Positions 63,475 through 64,000 of a DNA stretch of 64,000 nt are shown here, one piece after another (the stretch's first letter is position 1; the number at the start of each line of letters is the position of its first letter). Source of the DNA: Octopus bimaculoides (lineage: Eukaryota). Made by a program: the position numbers and the translations under genes. Under the pieces are notes generated by a model. That model saw nothing but the letters and a program-made list of their open reading frames with translations, made no database searches and was not told the origin of the DNA. The DNA lies in the NCBI RefSeq assembly GCF_001194135.2, contig NC_068998.1, positions 34,993,850 to 35,057,849 on the forward strand. The letters are read 5' to 3'.

Positions 63475-64000
63475 GTAAGTATATTGCTTTATTTTTCTTA
63501 GATATAAATATATAATAAAATGGGCTCATAGTTATTTTATGGTAAACCAAGAAAATTTATCAAAATTTCAACTATAATAAGGAGAAAATAACAACAAGGT
63601 GTACGATCAATTCTGTTTCAGAAATATTGGTTGGGCAATCCCAATATAAGAATTAATTAGAATTTAATTAGAAATATAATACAGTAGTGAGTTTGACCAT
63701 TGACTATGTAATGATAACTCTGTACATGTTTCTGTCTTATTAAACCTTGTTAGAGAAACATGGTGTCAACCTTGCTACTAGATCTTAGATAAGTACAAAA
63801 CTATATGTAAGATATCAGTGGCTGAATACAGAGCAATGCAAACACTTTTAAAAATGCTTAACAGAACTGACTCACTTTTAGACTGTGATTTAGTTTTAAT
63901 TCAGACTATTTCTGTAGTCATCTCAGTATTGCATATAATAATACAGTGATGACTGCTATTATATGTAGTCATGGCATGGACTTTTGAAAGATCAATGTGA

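Overview
AT-rich, microsatellite-dense animal genomic scaffold with ten N-gaps. The repeat families (RTE LINE 3' ends with (GAT)n tails, tRNA-derived SINEs, R4/Dong LINEs, Penelope, Helitrons) suggest an octopus or other coleoid cephalopod; this is inferred from repeat familiarity, not proven. The only host coding sequence I can support is on the + strand. A 174-nt exon (1125-1298) encodes a cytoplasmic tail plus a type II signal-anchor (IILCIIFLIFGILIGWFSR) resembling the M28B family (NAALADL2/FOLH1/transferrin receptor). A candidate 48-nt in-frame next exon lies at 63427-63474. If they are consecutive, about 62 kb is one intron filled with nested transposon debris: four Helitron remnants, a TIR-bounded MULE, mariner, Tigger, Penelope, RTE, CR1, Dong, SINEs and MITEs. 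I found no evidence for a novel multi-gene system. The best leads are: Dong and RTE insertions into SINE (ATT)n tails; degenerate hammerhead-ribozyme cores at Penelope-type ends; several near-perfect or long inverted repeats that could form dsRNA in the pre-mRNA; and candidate poison or non-coding exons at 41-45 kb. Most repeat boundaries are approximate and come from manual translation and alignment.
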